From assembly GCA_021613535.1 (NCBI GenBank), contig CP075495.1, positions 10,416,001-10,480,000 on the forward strand: DNA of 64,000 nucleotides, in the 5' to 3' direction. This DNA is from Adineta vaga. Its lineage: Eukaryota; Animalia; Rotifera. Shown here piece by piece: positions 40,966 through 54,711 of the stretch. Both the position numbers and the translations under genes were made by a program. The notes under the pieces were generated by a model. That model worked only from the letters and a program-made list of their open reading frames with translations. It had not been told where the DNA came from and did no database searches. Positions within the stretch are counted from its first letter, which is position 1. The number at the start of each line of letters is the position of its first letter.

Positions 40966-43900
40966 ATGTCAAAGAACTTTATCTGTCATTTGTTTATTAC
41001 ATTAATCTTTCATATACATATAAACGATGCCGAATATTCGAGTATAGGAATGAATGTTAGTATAAAACCGAAGATTAATGAATCCAATATCTATTCTCAT
41101 GATGATTATATGACGATATTTTCATCACGTCATTCAACAGATTTGAATTATATTCCAAGAAGTACAACATATTGGCCATTAATTCCATCGGTAACTACAA
41201 ATGCTTTTCCTCTAACGGATTCCAATTGTTTTTGTACTTATGATCGTATTATCAATGCATTATTATGTTCTCCATTACTGAAAAATTCAATATCCTATCC
41301 TATTTCGGATACGAATATTGCATTAATTAATATAACTTTAAATGATTGTACATTTTCCAATAACCATTTCAATCTTCCAAATATTGGACGAAAGAATATT
41401 GATCAATTAAGAATTTATGATATCAACCATGGAAATTATCTTGTTCTTGATCGTACATCATTTTCTTCGTATTCTATCAATCAATTATATATCATTTATA
41501 GTTATTCTCAACCTATAACAATGCTATTACTTTCAAATGAAACATTTTCATCACCATCATTAATGTACTCATCTTTACATACACTTTATATAACATCATG
41601 TTATTTAATTACGTTAAATAAACCATTTAGTCGACTATTTCTACTTGAATCGGTTACATTAATGAATATTTATCAATTTTCATGGCATGATTTTCAACAA
41701 CAAATCAATCGATTACCTAAATTACGTTTTATAAATATAGCAGAAGAAAATTTTCCTCTATCCAATATGATTTTCAATGCTTTATCTTGTCAAGATATTT
41801 CATCACAATGGATACTTAGTTATCGAGTTATTCAAACATGTAGTTGTGCTTATATTTCATTTCTACAAACAATTCGTTCTCTCGGAACTTTTTATCAATG
41901 TCCAAATACGAATAATGTCGTGGATTTTTTTGCAGATATTTGTCAATTCAATGGAAAAGAATATCAAATACAAAATAATATGCAATTATTTTGTAATAAA
42001 TGCTTAAGATTTCCATGTTCAAATGGTACTACATGTGCCGAAGTATTTGGTTCTGAACCAACATGTATTTCATCATCAAGATATGATTATGAAACCATTC
42101 AAAAACGTATTCCATTAACACCTTATACAAGACCATTTCTTTTTCGAGAGAGTCAAGAATATCTGACGTTTGATTCAAATAAAACTTTGGAAGCAATTGC
42201 ATTTAATTCTGTTGTGACAATTTTAATTGATTCAAATCGAAATCCTACTTCAGCATCTCCAAATGATGCACAAATGTTTCATCAAACATTTGCCGAAATG
42301 CTAAATCGACCATGGTCACCAGACATTTATACTGCATCAATGTCATCACCGATCGTTTGGCAACAATTATTAGTTTCTTTAGATGGTTCAATAAAAATGA
42401 TCAATGATAGTGAATCAAAATTTGTTTTTCAAAGTAAACCGATTTCAACAATGAGTTTACGTTTTCCAACTGAAGAACCTGATCAAGAAATGTTTGGTTG
42501 GAAAATAACAAATGATAATCAAATAACAGAGAATATAACGAATTTAGAATCAAATGATGAAACAGTTACATCACGTGTTTTTCTCAAATTTAATCATCAA
42601 CAACAGGAAAATAAACCGAAATGTGAACCTTCGTAAGTAGATTAACATAAATTTTGAAATTAATATTCAAAGTTTCTATTTTCTTTTTTGACTTTACATA
42701 GAAGTTCAACAATAAATTGTACGAATCGTTTTTCGATAACATCACTTAAATCACCGAAATTATTTTACAATACAGATCGAATACCTGAATATGATGTTAT
42801 TTCTATTCTTGCACCTGATCATAACCAAACTGTAACATTTTATTTTGATCAAAAAATTTCTTCAACAGAATCAGTCAATTCTTCCATAAAATCAACATCA
42901 TATTCATTCTATGATCAACTTGATCTGATGATATCACAAGGTACTTGTATGTATTTAAATACAACAAGTATGATTTGGAAAACAGATGGTTGTACTACTA
43001 ATCGTCAATTATCCAATGGTACATCAGTAATATGTACTTGTGAACATTTAACAATGTTTACAGTATTCTTTTCATTATCATGTGCAACACCATCGAAAGC
43101 ATTACAAATTCTAAGTTGGATTGGATGTGCTCTTTCCATTGTTGGTTTATCAGTTACATTGATTATGTTTGTTGTAATTCGACAATGTCGAAAAACAAAA
43201 GATAATGTTAATGGAATATCATCATCACATTCAAGTTCAAGTCAAGAATTACGACGACGAATTATGGTAAGAGTTGACTTTTATTTTCTTCCAGAAAAAA
43301 AAACAACTACATTCCTTCTTTTCTATTTAGAGCAAACCACGTCGATTATCAATGGTAAAATCGATGTTATTTATTTTATGTATTCTATTGATTCTAATGA
43401 ATATTCTCATATTTATTCTAACATTTATTAAAGCGGATCGAAATCTTGCTTGTACAATATTATCTGCATCATTGTATTATTTTACATTAACTGCGTTTAT
43501 TTGGAAGCTTTGTTTTGCATTTCAACAAAGTTTATTTATTACAAATGTATTTCAACCAAATTGGTCCGATCGTACATTATTTATTATCTATTCAATCATC
43601 ACATTTTCATTGCCAGTCTGTCCATTGATAATTATGTTTGTTAAATATGAAAATTCAACTTTTATTTCATCAACATGTAACTATTGTTGGTTAACACGAG
43701 AATTTCTTCTCTATGGATTAATTATACCAATATTAGTTATTATCTGTCTAAATATCATGTTTTACATCTATACAATGGTTCATTTATGTATACGAAATCG
43801 TCAACAACCTAATTTACGTTCAACAAAATCGGAACAATCTCGACGTATACAAAATTTTAAAATCGGTATTTTCTTTGCCATTATTATGGGTTTTAGTTGG

Positions 43901-44308
43901 ATCTTAGGTTTTCTTGTTCTCATACCGAATTCATATGTTCAAACAGTTGGAAATATTCTTTTCTGTATTATGAATACTTTGCAAGGTTTTGCTTTTTCTA
44001 TTATGGTTTTTTGTATGCTGGAACGAAAATCATTTCGTAAATGCTGTTGTTTTTGGCGATATAAAAATTCTAATCAAGTTAACGGAAATTCATCCGACGC
44101 TGTTCTACAACAATCAATACCAACACCGAATGATGATAATGAAACAAAAATCAAACCAATATATAATTCATCCATGTATACTTCATCATCAGCAACAACA
44201 CCGTCTGACGCTTATCATAATCTTCGAGATGTGTTTAATCTTTATCAAAAGAAGAAACTAACAGGGGACAATGAAGATGAACATGTTTATAGTTTACCAA
44301 CGTTTTGA
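40966..44308 (+). CDS. Adhesion GPCR (signal peptide, LRR-like and EGF-like ectodomain, GPS motif, secretin-type 7TM); 3 exons
   Basis: GPS motif CMYLNTTSMIWKTDGC...VICTCEHL|TMFTVFF, TM1 LQILSWIGCALSIVGL, ECL2 CWL, TM6-7 IMGFSWILGFL...NTLQGF, and EGF-like CLRFPCSNGTTC. Confidence 0.92.
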
Positions 44309-44575
44309 AAAGAAAAGAAAATATCTTAATAAATTCATGTTTTAAAAAGATTGTTTGATAATCTAAATCATAACGAAATCTAGTTCTCTAGTAAAATGTG
44401 TTTTTATCGCCAAATTTTTAAAAAATCCACCAAATAGACAATGGTTTTTTTTCTCAAACGAATTCAATAGAACAGTAACTATCGAAAAAGAAACAAAATC
44501 AGTTATTTATCAAGTTTCTATACACCAAAGAATAATGAGATTGCTTGTTTTGTGTAAAAAAAAGTATCATTCTTT

Positions 44576-45901
44576 TTAATTATTACGTGCCATTAATCGA
44601 TCTAAATAAGAAATAATCAATACTTTGATATTGAAATTTTAATAGAAGATCATTTACCTTTCGATTGTGCTAATATATTAACTGCAGGAGAGATAGGAGC
44701 TAATACAGGTTGTACAGCTGGATCAATTCGAATAGTTCCTTCATTATGAATTGCATGAGCTACAGCTAATAGAACAAAACGAGTCAAATTTTAGATTGGA
44801 TCAATATTTGTAACATACTTTCTGCTAATTCATGATATGCAAAATGAAGATAAAGTAGAAAAAACATGTGAATTGATACGACAAAAAGTCCAAGTAAGGC
44901 ACGATATTGTGGATTGATTGTTCGTGCCATAATAATCAACATCTATTATACAAAATTCATATAATTTAACCTTTAAAATTTTGTATGTATACTATTCTAA
45001 CGGCAGCTACACCACCTACAATACACCAGAGACCATAAAATAATAGATGATCATGACCCGTATGAATAAATGTCGCCAGAAGAAGAACAATCGTATGACT
45101 GAATAATGCATAACCCTTGAAAGAAGATCAATGATTTAGATGTTTATTAATCGAGGAACATTTTGTTTTTTTCAACTAACATTTATACTTAAGATTTGCA
45201 TTAGATTAAGACGTGTATTACAAATATATGACATAGATGAAATAGCAAAACTTGAACCGATCCAATAACCAAAACAAACAAGAAAACTTGTTCCAATTAA
45301 TGTACCATCTTGCTACAAAATCAAAAAGAGAATTTTGATTTCAATCGTTTCTTTCACAAGAGATTTACTCACAATAGAATGACTAGATAATTTCATTTGA
45401 TAAATCAAAATAGCTGCCAATGTGAATACAATCATTGATGGACCATATAGTTCTGATTTAATATTCTATAAAATTATTTATTTAGACATAATCGAGAGAA
45501 AAAGATCAATCATTCGCTATACTTCATCTGGTGATGGCCAACGAGGAACTAAACTATGCAACAACCTATGATAAATGTGAAATTATATTAAAAAAAAGAA
45601 TGAATGTGACAAAATACAAATTCCTACCGATTGACCAATTCTTTAGGTTCGACATCAAAATAAGGTCGAAGGTAATCTAAATTAGCGTAAAGATTTATTG
45701 CTTGTTGAGCACGAGTACGTCCAGCAGTCCAAACCTAAAGAACAATATTTGAGTCTACAATTATCATTTTGAATCCATCATATTCCTTACAATAGATCCT
45801 ACACTTGGTAGTCCACTCTCTAAAGAGACTGTTTCTTGTTGATTATTATTATTATTATTCATAGGCATTGATCTTCTTTGAAGATTTTCGTGTTCGTGCA
45901 T
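44576..45901 (-). CDS. YIPF3: Yip1-domain family member 3 (Golgi); multi-exon
   Basis: Spliced product VWTAGRTRAQQAINLYANLDYLRPYFDVEP...ELYGPSMIVFTLAAILIYQMK...DGTLIGTSFLVCFGYWIG...HMFFLLYLHFAYHE closely matches recalled YIPF3. The ORF track misses it because the exons are short. Confidence 0.93.
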
Positions 45902-46287
45902 TGAATAAAATAAAATCCGCTTGTTTTTTTATAAGATAAGAATAAGAGAAGAGAAGGAAGAGGAAGGAAAGACGAATGAAGAAACATTTTGTATGGCATT
46001 AATCAAAAGTCATTTTAAAGTGACATCTATTCTTATGAATCTACATATCATTCAAATGAAAAAGATCATCTTTATTTCACAGCATGTTTTTATGAAAGAA
46101 GAAAAACTTTAATTTTTTTTAATCTGAGTATGAATTGAATTGTTTTTGATTGATAGAATTGTATACCAATCAGAAAAAACATTTATCAATGAATGAAAGA
46201 AATGAATGAACTTTTGCTTTTTTTCTTCTCTTTCTTAAAATTCCAATTAATCTAAGTAAAATTTTATAATGATGAGTTATTAAAAAA

Positions 46288-49200
46288 ATGTCAATAACAA
46301 GTAAGAAACGACGTTGTCCAACGACTAGTTCACCGAATGAATCCGATGATGATAATGGAGGTATACTAGACAAATCAAGGAATAAACATAAATTATTTTA
46401 TTAATTGTTTATGATTTAGAGCAACCTTCAACATCAACAAATCAATTATCCAATAAACGGCGTGGTTCCATAGCAGCTGAATTTGCACCACCACGTTTAA
46501 TTGTTAGTGAACGACAACAAATGGCTGTACTAAAACAATTAACAGCAGGCGACGAATCTAATAGTATGTCTTAGACTATTTTCTAATAGTTCTTGCTCGT
46601 TTTCTTATGTACATATGTATGTCATTGGTTTTATAGCTGGATCTCAATCTCCTTCATCAATTACTCCTCAACCACGTCCATCAAAAATTAATCGACGCAA
46701 TGAACATGGAGAAACAATTGTTCATATAGCTGCACGAAAAGGTGATTTAAAACAAATAAGAAAAGTTCTCAAAGCTGGAGCGAATGTTAACGAAGCAGAT
46801 AATGCTGGTAAGATAGATTAGGATTTATGAAATAATTTCTATCATTTTTTGTTCCATTACTAGGATGGACTCCATTACATGAAGGTAAATCTAAAATGAA
46901 CAAAAAATTTTTCAATGAGATTAGATAAGGAATTAGTTATGAATGATTTCTCATCGAAAATATGTCGAGAGAAAGACTTTAATCTATAGATCGTCTAAAT
47001 TTATTGATGAAGATGATAAGATTTTATCGTTTTCTTTTAATAAGTCAAGATAGAAAATGAAGGAAATGCTTTTTTTTCTAATTCATTTTTTAGCTGTTAC
47101 AAAAAATCAATTTAAAGCTGCTCGTCTTCTTTTAAAATCGGGTGCGAATGCAAATGCACCTGGCCCTGAAGGTCAAACACCCCTCGTCGATGCTGTACTT
47201 AATAATAATACTAAAGTATATTCTATCTTCATTTCTCTCAGATAAAATTTTTTATTTTGTTTGTTTGTTTGTTCATTTAGATGGCAGAATTACTATTAAA
47301 CTATTCTGCTGATCCATCTGTAGTGGATATAACTCGTTTGAATGATACAATGGCAAATGTTTTAAAACGTGAAACGACGGTTTTAGAATCATCGGACAAT
47401 GAAAATGATGATGAATCTATTAGTCCACTATCACCATTAACAAGTGATAATGATTCTGAACATGATAATAAACAAGATTTTCATTCAACTTTGATGGAAC
47501 AATTAGATAAAGATCTTGCTCAGCGGACAACATTGTCCAAAATTCAACGGAAAAAAGTAAGACGAAATTAGATCAACAGGCTTATGAATAATTTATTTGT
47601 CAATCTTTACAGCCTTACCGTCGTTTTCGAGAACGTTCATCACAATCATCTGATTCTTCATCACAGAGTAAAACTCGTGCGACTAGTGGAAACAATGAAA
47701 CATCAGCATCAGCAATATTAGGAAAAAATCCATATGATTTTGAAAGTGAAGAAGAAGGTGAAATACGTGATCTTCCAACTGAAGTAATATATCTATTGAA
47801 TAAAAGAAAAGAAATTTTATCTTTATTCATTTTTCTTAGGTATCTGAAGAACACAAGAAAATGCCATTACGAAAACAAGAACATACGAAACAACGAGCTC
47901 ATAGTGGAAATTCTGTACCATCGTCTATTGAAAGTTCTACGATAAAAAAACGAATCAATAAACTTTATCTAATTAAAGAACAAGAACCACAAAAATTCAA
48001 ATCGACATCTGATGATGAACAATTGCAGCATATCTATCGTGTTCCTCCATTAAAAATTGTTTTAGCAAGAGCTGTTCTACAAAAAACACCCGAAATTGAA
48101 AGGTAAATATCATAAAAGAAATATATTAGATAATGAAAGAACAAGGTCAAGCCAACCATTTGATATACATTCTAAACACTCGATAAATTGCCGAGAATAA
48201 TCCTTAACTATTCAGCCCAATAACAATTCAGTACCGAGAAGGAAAGACAAAAAATAAGGAGAAGATAAAGATATATAGATATATATATATATATACAGTT
48301 AAGATTGACGTTTACAAATGTCTTTCAGTCTTTGATAGATATGTTGATTAGAATAAGATCATATTCAACGTAGTATTACTAGTTGGATGTATTACTATTG
48401 ACAACGAAATGAATTGTTCTAATTATAGCACAATCTCTTGTATTCTTAGTAAGAAAGTAGACGGTAGGGTAGATTGCTTAGTACCATCAAATATGAGTAT
48501 CTACTCGTGCGTAATTGAAGATAAACTTCGAATAAGATCGTGTTTTTTATTCGATTAGAAGTTTCAACTAAGAGAAACTACTTATTTAGATTTCTCATTT
48601 TGAGTAATAGTGTCATAGATTATAAACAGTGATGTTTTCCATGACAAAAATATGAATATTCTATTGTAATTTATTCACTCAATAATTCAATGGGCTATTG
48701 TTTCCTTTACCTAGACCTAAAGCAATAAAAATGTTTATATAATATCATATAAGATTTTTACTTGCTCGCTATCTAATGTGAACATTAAAAAAGCATATTT
48801 TCTTCGGAATAACGAGACAACCCATTAGTAAATCAACATTTCAATCTTACAAATTGTAAGATATGCTCAATAAATTCTATCAATAGCATACTCAGGAGAA
48901 TAGTTCTTAAAATTTTATTCTTATATCATTATGCCTTCAATATCAAAGTAAACTATGTTCACATCGAATATTTACTTAATCTTTCTACTCTTTAATATCT
49001 CTCTCTTTCATATTATATAAACTTCTAAGAATATCTTAACTAGATCGAACATTTCTCATTAATAATTGATAGTCTTTCTTGATTCATTTATTCACTATGA
49101 TTTTGAGTTCGGCAATTATTTTCTAATTAGTTCTCTATACATTGTGACATTGAAATCTAAAATAGTGTGTCGAAAATAAACATCGTCGATTTCAGATGAG

Positions 49201-52200
49201 TGTTACACACCCAGGGGGGAATGCATAAAGAGAACGAACGAGAGAGAAATTGTGTTAAGTAAAAAGAAGAAAAAAGAAAAGAAGAAATGAGTGCAAGCAA
49301 AGTATACAGAAAGAAAAATGTGCGCGTATGTGTACGACATCGAAGTGCTAGTAATATATGCTAGATATTATTAAGGAAAAAAATCACGCATAAGAATAGA
49401 TTATAGAAATCATTGATTAGTAGATATCTTTCTATCGATGATAATACTGACAGATGGTCAAATTTATCTTGAACACAAATGGAATAGATATTCTTCTATT
49501 CATATAATACTACTAACATTAATATCAGAAGAAATGAAGTCTATCTAACTGACTTGATGAATGTAATGATATTTATACAAAGAAAAAAAAAAGGAAAACT
49601 ACGAACATCATTCAGATGATTACTTTTTGATGTTCGTTTATGATAGAATGATATAAACAATAGAGAGAAAGAAACGAAGAGAAATAGGTACATCCGATAG
49701 AGATTGAAGGCATACACATGAAAGGAAAGAATAAAAGTATATGTATACAGTCCAGCATACTGCGTTTGTGTGCGTAAGAGCAAGAAAGCGAATTTCTTCT
49801 TCTCATTCTTCTTGTTCTCTATCCTTCATTTGTTCGACGCATACACACATTACGCACAGACACATACACATACATACACACACATAAAGAAAGAGAGCAA
49901 TAGCAAAAAAAAATCGTCAGGTAAGACTATACCGAATAGGTAAATTGTCTCCTCAAGTACAATTCAAAAAAGAACATAACATGAAAAATCCATCAGTTGA
50001 AATCTTATAAGTTTCAATGAATCATTGGAAATTTTACTCTTTTGTATGTCTTTTTTTGTTTTAGTTCAAATCTTTCGAATATGAATGATGATAACAATAA
50101 TTTAACGATTGATTCATCATCATCGCCATCATTAACACTACCGATTATAGAACAAAATGAAAATTTTTTATCATCAATGGCAACCAATGTTCCTCAAATA
50201 TCAACGGAAGAACCAGACGAAAAACTCGTCATTTCGACCGAAGATAACGAAAATACTATCAATGAGAATAGTCCACATCCAACAATGTTAGATAATAACG
50301 AAAAACATTTACCTTTATCACCAAGATCTCCTTCTCCGACAGTCATCGCATACATTCTTGATACAGTGATCACACAAATTGAATCTAATAATAATAATCA
50401 ATTAAATTCTTTGGCTGTGATCGAAGATGATCAAATGGATGTCGAAGAAGATGAGGAAGAAGAAGATGAAAATGAAGATGAAGAAGAAGAACATGAAATT
50501 ACCGAGAAAAATTCATCAATAAAATCAAATAGAATTGAAAAAGAACGAATTAGTACGAAAACTTCGTCAACATCAAAAACTGAGTTAAAACCAATTACAA
50601 GAACATTACGTTCTCATGCACGTGGAAGACGAAATCTATCTACATTAATTCAAACATCATCATCATCAAATATGAATAATGGTCGACGTGTATCGAGTCG
50701 AAGACGAGCAATGGATAATAAAACATCAGTAACGATAAATGATCGAGAAAAACGACGTAAAACAACGTTTGAACGTTCAAAAAAAGAAAAAGATAATCAA
50801 ATCAATACTGATGATATGCAAACATCAAGTAATTCCGACGATCAAATATCGGAAAATACCAATGGTATAGAAATAAATTTTCAAAAAGGAAATATTCAAA
50901 TATTTCTGTTTTTTATTTAGCTGAAAAAACACCATTGACAACGACAACTGCAAATGCAAACGATGAAGGTAGTTCTTGTTCAAGTACAGGTGCTGGTGAT
51001 GAAAGTAGTACAAGTAGTTCAACAACAAATATAAAACAATCAAATTCAACGACTGATATCGATTCTTTACCACCTAATAAACGTCGATTACGTGAAAGAA
51101 ATGTTGCCATATCAAATACATCTAACCCATCAATCATGACAGATGCATCGACAAATTCAAATTCAACTACAATTACAGATAATTCACCCACAGAACCAAC
51201 AACTACGCGTGAAATACCAATTAATAGCATTAAACAATTTCTAGAAATTCGACAGCAGGTTAGAATTTACATGTGACAACAAAAGGCGATGATGAAAATA
51301 GTCCCTTAAGTTAAACACATCGAACATTGCGATGAGTATAAACATTTACTGGATTAGAAAAGAAAGTTCAGTTTCAATAGAGATATATTATGTCAAAATC
51401 TATTAGATATACTAAAGAAAGAACGGATATTGATAACGAGAATTCTGTTAAGTTACTATTTTGTTTATCTTCGATTGTTCTCAAGTCATATGGAAAATGT
51501 GTTTCTCATTAACTAAAAGAGCTAAAATGCTTTTCCTGTTCATAATCAATAGCTTGAAGCAGTACTTATCAAGAAAAAAAATACATAACAGTTGTTCCTC
51601 AATAAATCACATGATAGACAATAGAAGCCATTGGCTATCATTGTATATATAACTATTTGATCGATCAACTTTTCCGGTTTAGAATCTACAATTATTTCTA
51701 AAAATAAATTTGATCTATTCTTTTCTATTTCATTAGATTGATAAACGACATGAAACAATGTTACATGAATTTGTTCTACCAAAAGTTCCGAAAGATTTCT
51801 CCGAAACAACGATGGCAAAGAAAAGTTATCTCATTGCTCCATCATTTAGTTCATATTCAAACACAACTCCATCATCAATTGGTATCAAACGTTTAATGGC
51901 ACCACATGATCTCGATCCACATTTAATGGATGTCTTTACAAAACAAGAAGATGAAAGATATAAAATGAAAATACGTCATCAAGTTGAACGCGTAAATACG
52001 AAAATTTATCGCATTAAATTTTTAATTTAAATTTCTTGTTTCATTTTTTTTCTAGGATAAATTAATACTTTCACATGAACAAGAAATTTTACGTCTATAT
52101 GGTAATGCAACTCGTTCATCATTAAATCAAGATATTCCATTCAGTTATTGTTCCTTATTGAAAGATAATGAAGTTTATAATAATCCGTCAATACAATTAC

Positions 52201-52607
52201 CTGAAAAATTAGTTAGTAATGATTACACAACGACTGAAATAGGTAAACGTGGTAAACATCGTTGGAATGGACGTTCATTCATAAAATGGTTGGAAGATTC
52301 AAATCTGAAATATAAACGTCTTAGTGTAAGAAGAAGAAGAAAAAGATTTTATTGAAAACAACAATCAATGGAAATAAATGTCTTTTCTTTTCTCTTCTAG
52401 TGTGAACTTAATGACCGTCAACGGTTAGAAGTAGACACGCTTTATTCAATGCAACGTATGGTATGGTTAAAACATTTACCAAAAGAACCGACAAGTCTAT
52501 CTTCTTCATCATCGGGACGATCAAGTTATTTTTTAACAGAACGTTATTTACCTAAAGTTGAAATAAATCCTAAGTTTTGGACAGATTGGGAGACAAGCCC
52601 ATTTTAA
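46288..52607 (+). CDS. ANKRD11/ANKRD12-like nuclear co-regulator; multi-exon with a long intron 48103-50064
   Basis: SERQQMAVLKQLTA precedes ankyrin repeats (RRNEHGETIVHIAARKGD, GWTPLHEA). The conserved C-terminus reads FTKQEDERYKMKIRHQVERDKLILSHEQEILRLYG...NQDIPFSYCSLLKDNEVYN...RWNGRSFIKWLED. Confidence 0.9.
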
Positions 52608-53352
52608 TTTTTTTTTCATTCTGTGTTTTTTTTTCGTGTATTTCGTCTATGTATATACAACTATCATTAACAAATGTGTCTTTGTCTTTTTTCTGTTCGC
52701 TTTGTGATATTTGTGTATAATTTGTATGTAAATCAGAAAAATTTTTTCATTCGATGTTGTTTTTTTTATGACAATTGAAAAAAAAAGAAATATGATCGTT
52801 ATCGGAAGATAAATATGAATTGAATATATGTTGATTTCTATGAGTTTGTATATTGCTAAGAATAAAATACTTATCAGTATGTATGATGTAATTCATGGAA
52901 AGTTGTAAGAAATAATATCTCTTATCATTGTTTATATGATGGATTGAGATGAAGAAATTTCTCTCGTATGAAATTCTATATTTTATCCAGCTGAAATAAC
53001 AAAATTTTTATGAGGATTCATTCTGTTTGAGAATAGAAAATAAACATTGAATGGTTGATATGGTAAGCGTATAGTCTAGACAAGTTTCATCTGTGCGATA
53101 GTACTAATTCATATTACATGATTATTCTAATCGAGTAAAAACATTTGTAAAGATAAAAATATTTAAAATTATTTTGTTATTATTTTTAAAAGAGTAAATA
53201 TTTAAGTTTGATATTTCATCTTGTTCATTTCATGTTCTGTGAAATTTAAAAAAGAAAATCAAAATCTTACAGTTCGTACTAAATCAATGATTACAAAAAA
53301 AACTAACTTTTACTAAGTTTATGAAATAAATTAAAAAACAACATGCACAATG

Positions 53353-54711
53353 TTAAATTGGAATCATTTTCAATTGTTTTAATCGATCAAAACATTGTAC
53401 ATAACCATCAAATGTATCGACTTCAATTGTCCAACCAAATTGACGTGCTTTACTTAAATCACCATATCGATCATTCGATGATTTCAATGAACCATCTATA
53501 CATCATAAATGAAAAGAAAATATTTTCTACTTCAATGATCTTACCTACAAAAGCCCATGTTGCATAATCAAATGCTTTCGTATCAAGATTTTCTCTTTGA
53601 GCAATACGAACCCAAATATCTTTATGTTTTGGCATATATTCGGCTAATTTCAATTGAGCTTCATTATCATCTAATTTTTGATCATATTGTTCAAAACCAA
53701 AATAACTACCGTAGAGAAAAACAAAACAAACATAGTTCAATTCTGATTCATGAATGCTGTTTTATTTTACTGTTCAATTTTAGGCCATAGATCACGAAAT
53801 CGAACTAAATCACCATTTGCAATATTGAATATTTCATGTTGAATTTGTTCATTTAAAACTGTCCATAATTGAAAATGAGCATTATTCGAAGCTGTTGAAT
53901 GATCCGATATTCTATTCCAAGATTTCTTATTTCCTGGAAAGATTAATGGTTGATTAAGTTCTTTTTGTATTGTTGCATATAATGCAATTGTTGTTGCAAA
54001 ATTCATAAAATTACCTAGAAATTATTCGTAAACAAAAAGTGTTGTTCACTATGAAAACAAGAATCAAAATATAACCTTTAGCAACACCTATAATTGTCGA
54101 TGGACGAGTAATAATATATCTCCATTGATATTTTTCTGCATAAGTTTTTAAAAGATCTTCTTGTGTAAAATAAAAATTTACACCTTGATGACGTGGTGCA
54201 TCTTCAATAAATGGTGTTTGAGATAAATCTTCTTTAGTTTTATGAACACCGTAATACTATTTGAAAGAGAAGAAATTAAAAATGTTTTTATAAAGATCTT
54301 TTTTTTCTCATTTACTTTATATCCTGTTTGTAATGAAAATGACTTGAGTGTTTTTCCAGCCACTCTAACACAAACATCTAATGCTTTTTCAAAGATTATT
54401 CTATTGATTCTATCGAGTTCTTCTTCAGTACTTTTTTCAATGTATGTATAATGAAAAACATCAGTAATTGTTTGACCATTGATTTTAATTAATTCATTAG
54501 AAATTTCATCACTTGTTGAATTAAGAATATCAATAGAAATAAATTGAATTCGTTCATCTTTTATATCCAGTTGAAATCTTCGTTGAGATATACAAATAAT
54601 ACGATTCCATTCATTTACAGATTGTTTTAATAAAGCATCGAGTAGGGCAGTTCCTGATATTCCATTTGTCCCCCAAATACAAGCAACACGTGGTGATATC
54701 GATGAAGACAT
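53353..54711 (-). CDS. PRISE/VEP1-type (progesterone 5-beta-reductase/iridoid synthase-like) atypical SDR; 5 exons
   Basis: Motifs IWGTNGISGTAL, SLQTGYK|YYGVH, PFIEDAPR, NFYFTQEDLL, ITRPSTIIG, NFATTIALYATIQKELNQPLIFPG, FNIANGD and DLSKARQFGW. Four GT-AG introns keep the frame. Confidence 0.9.
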
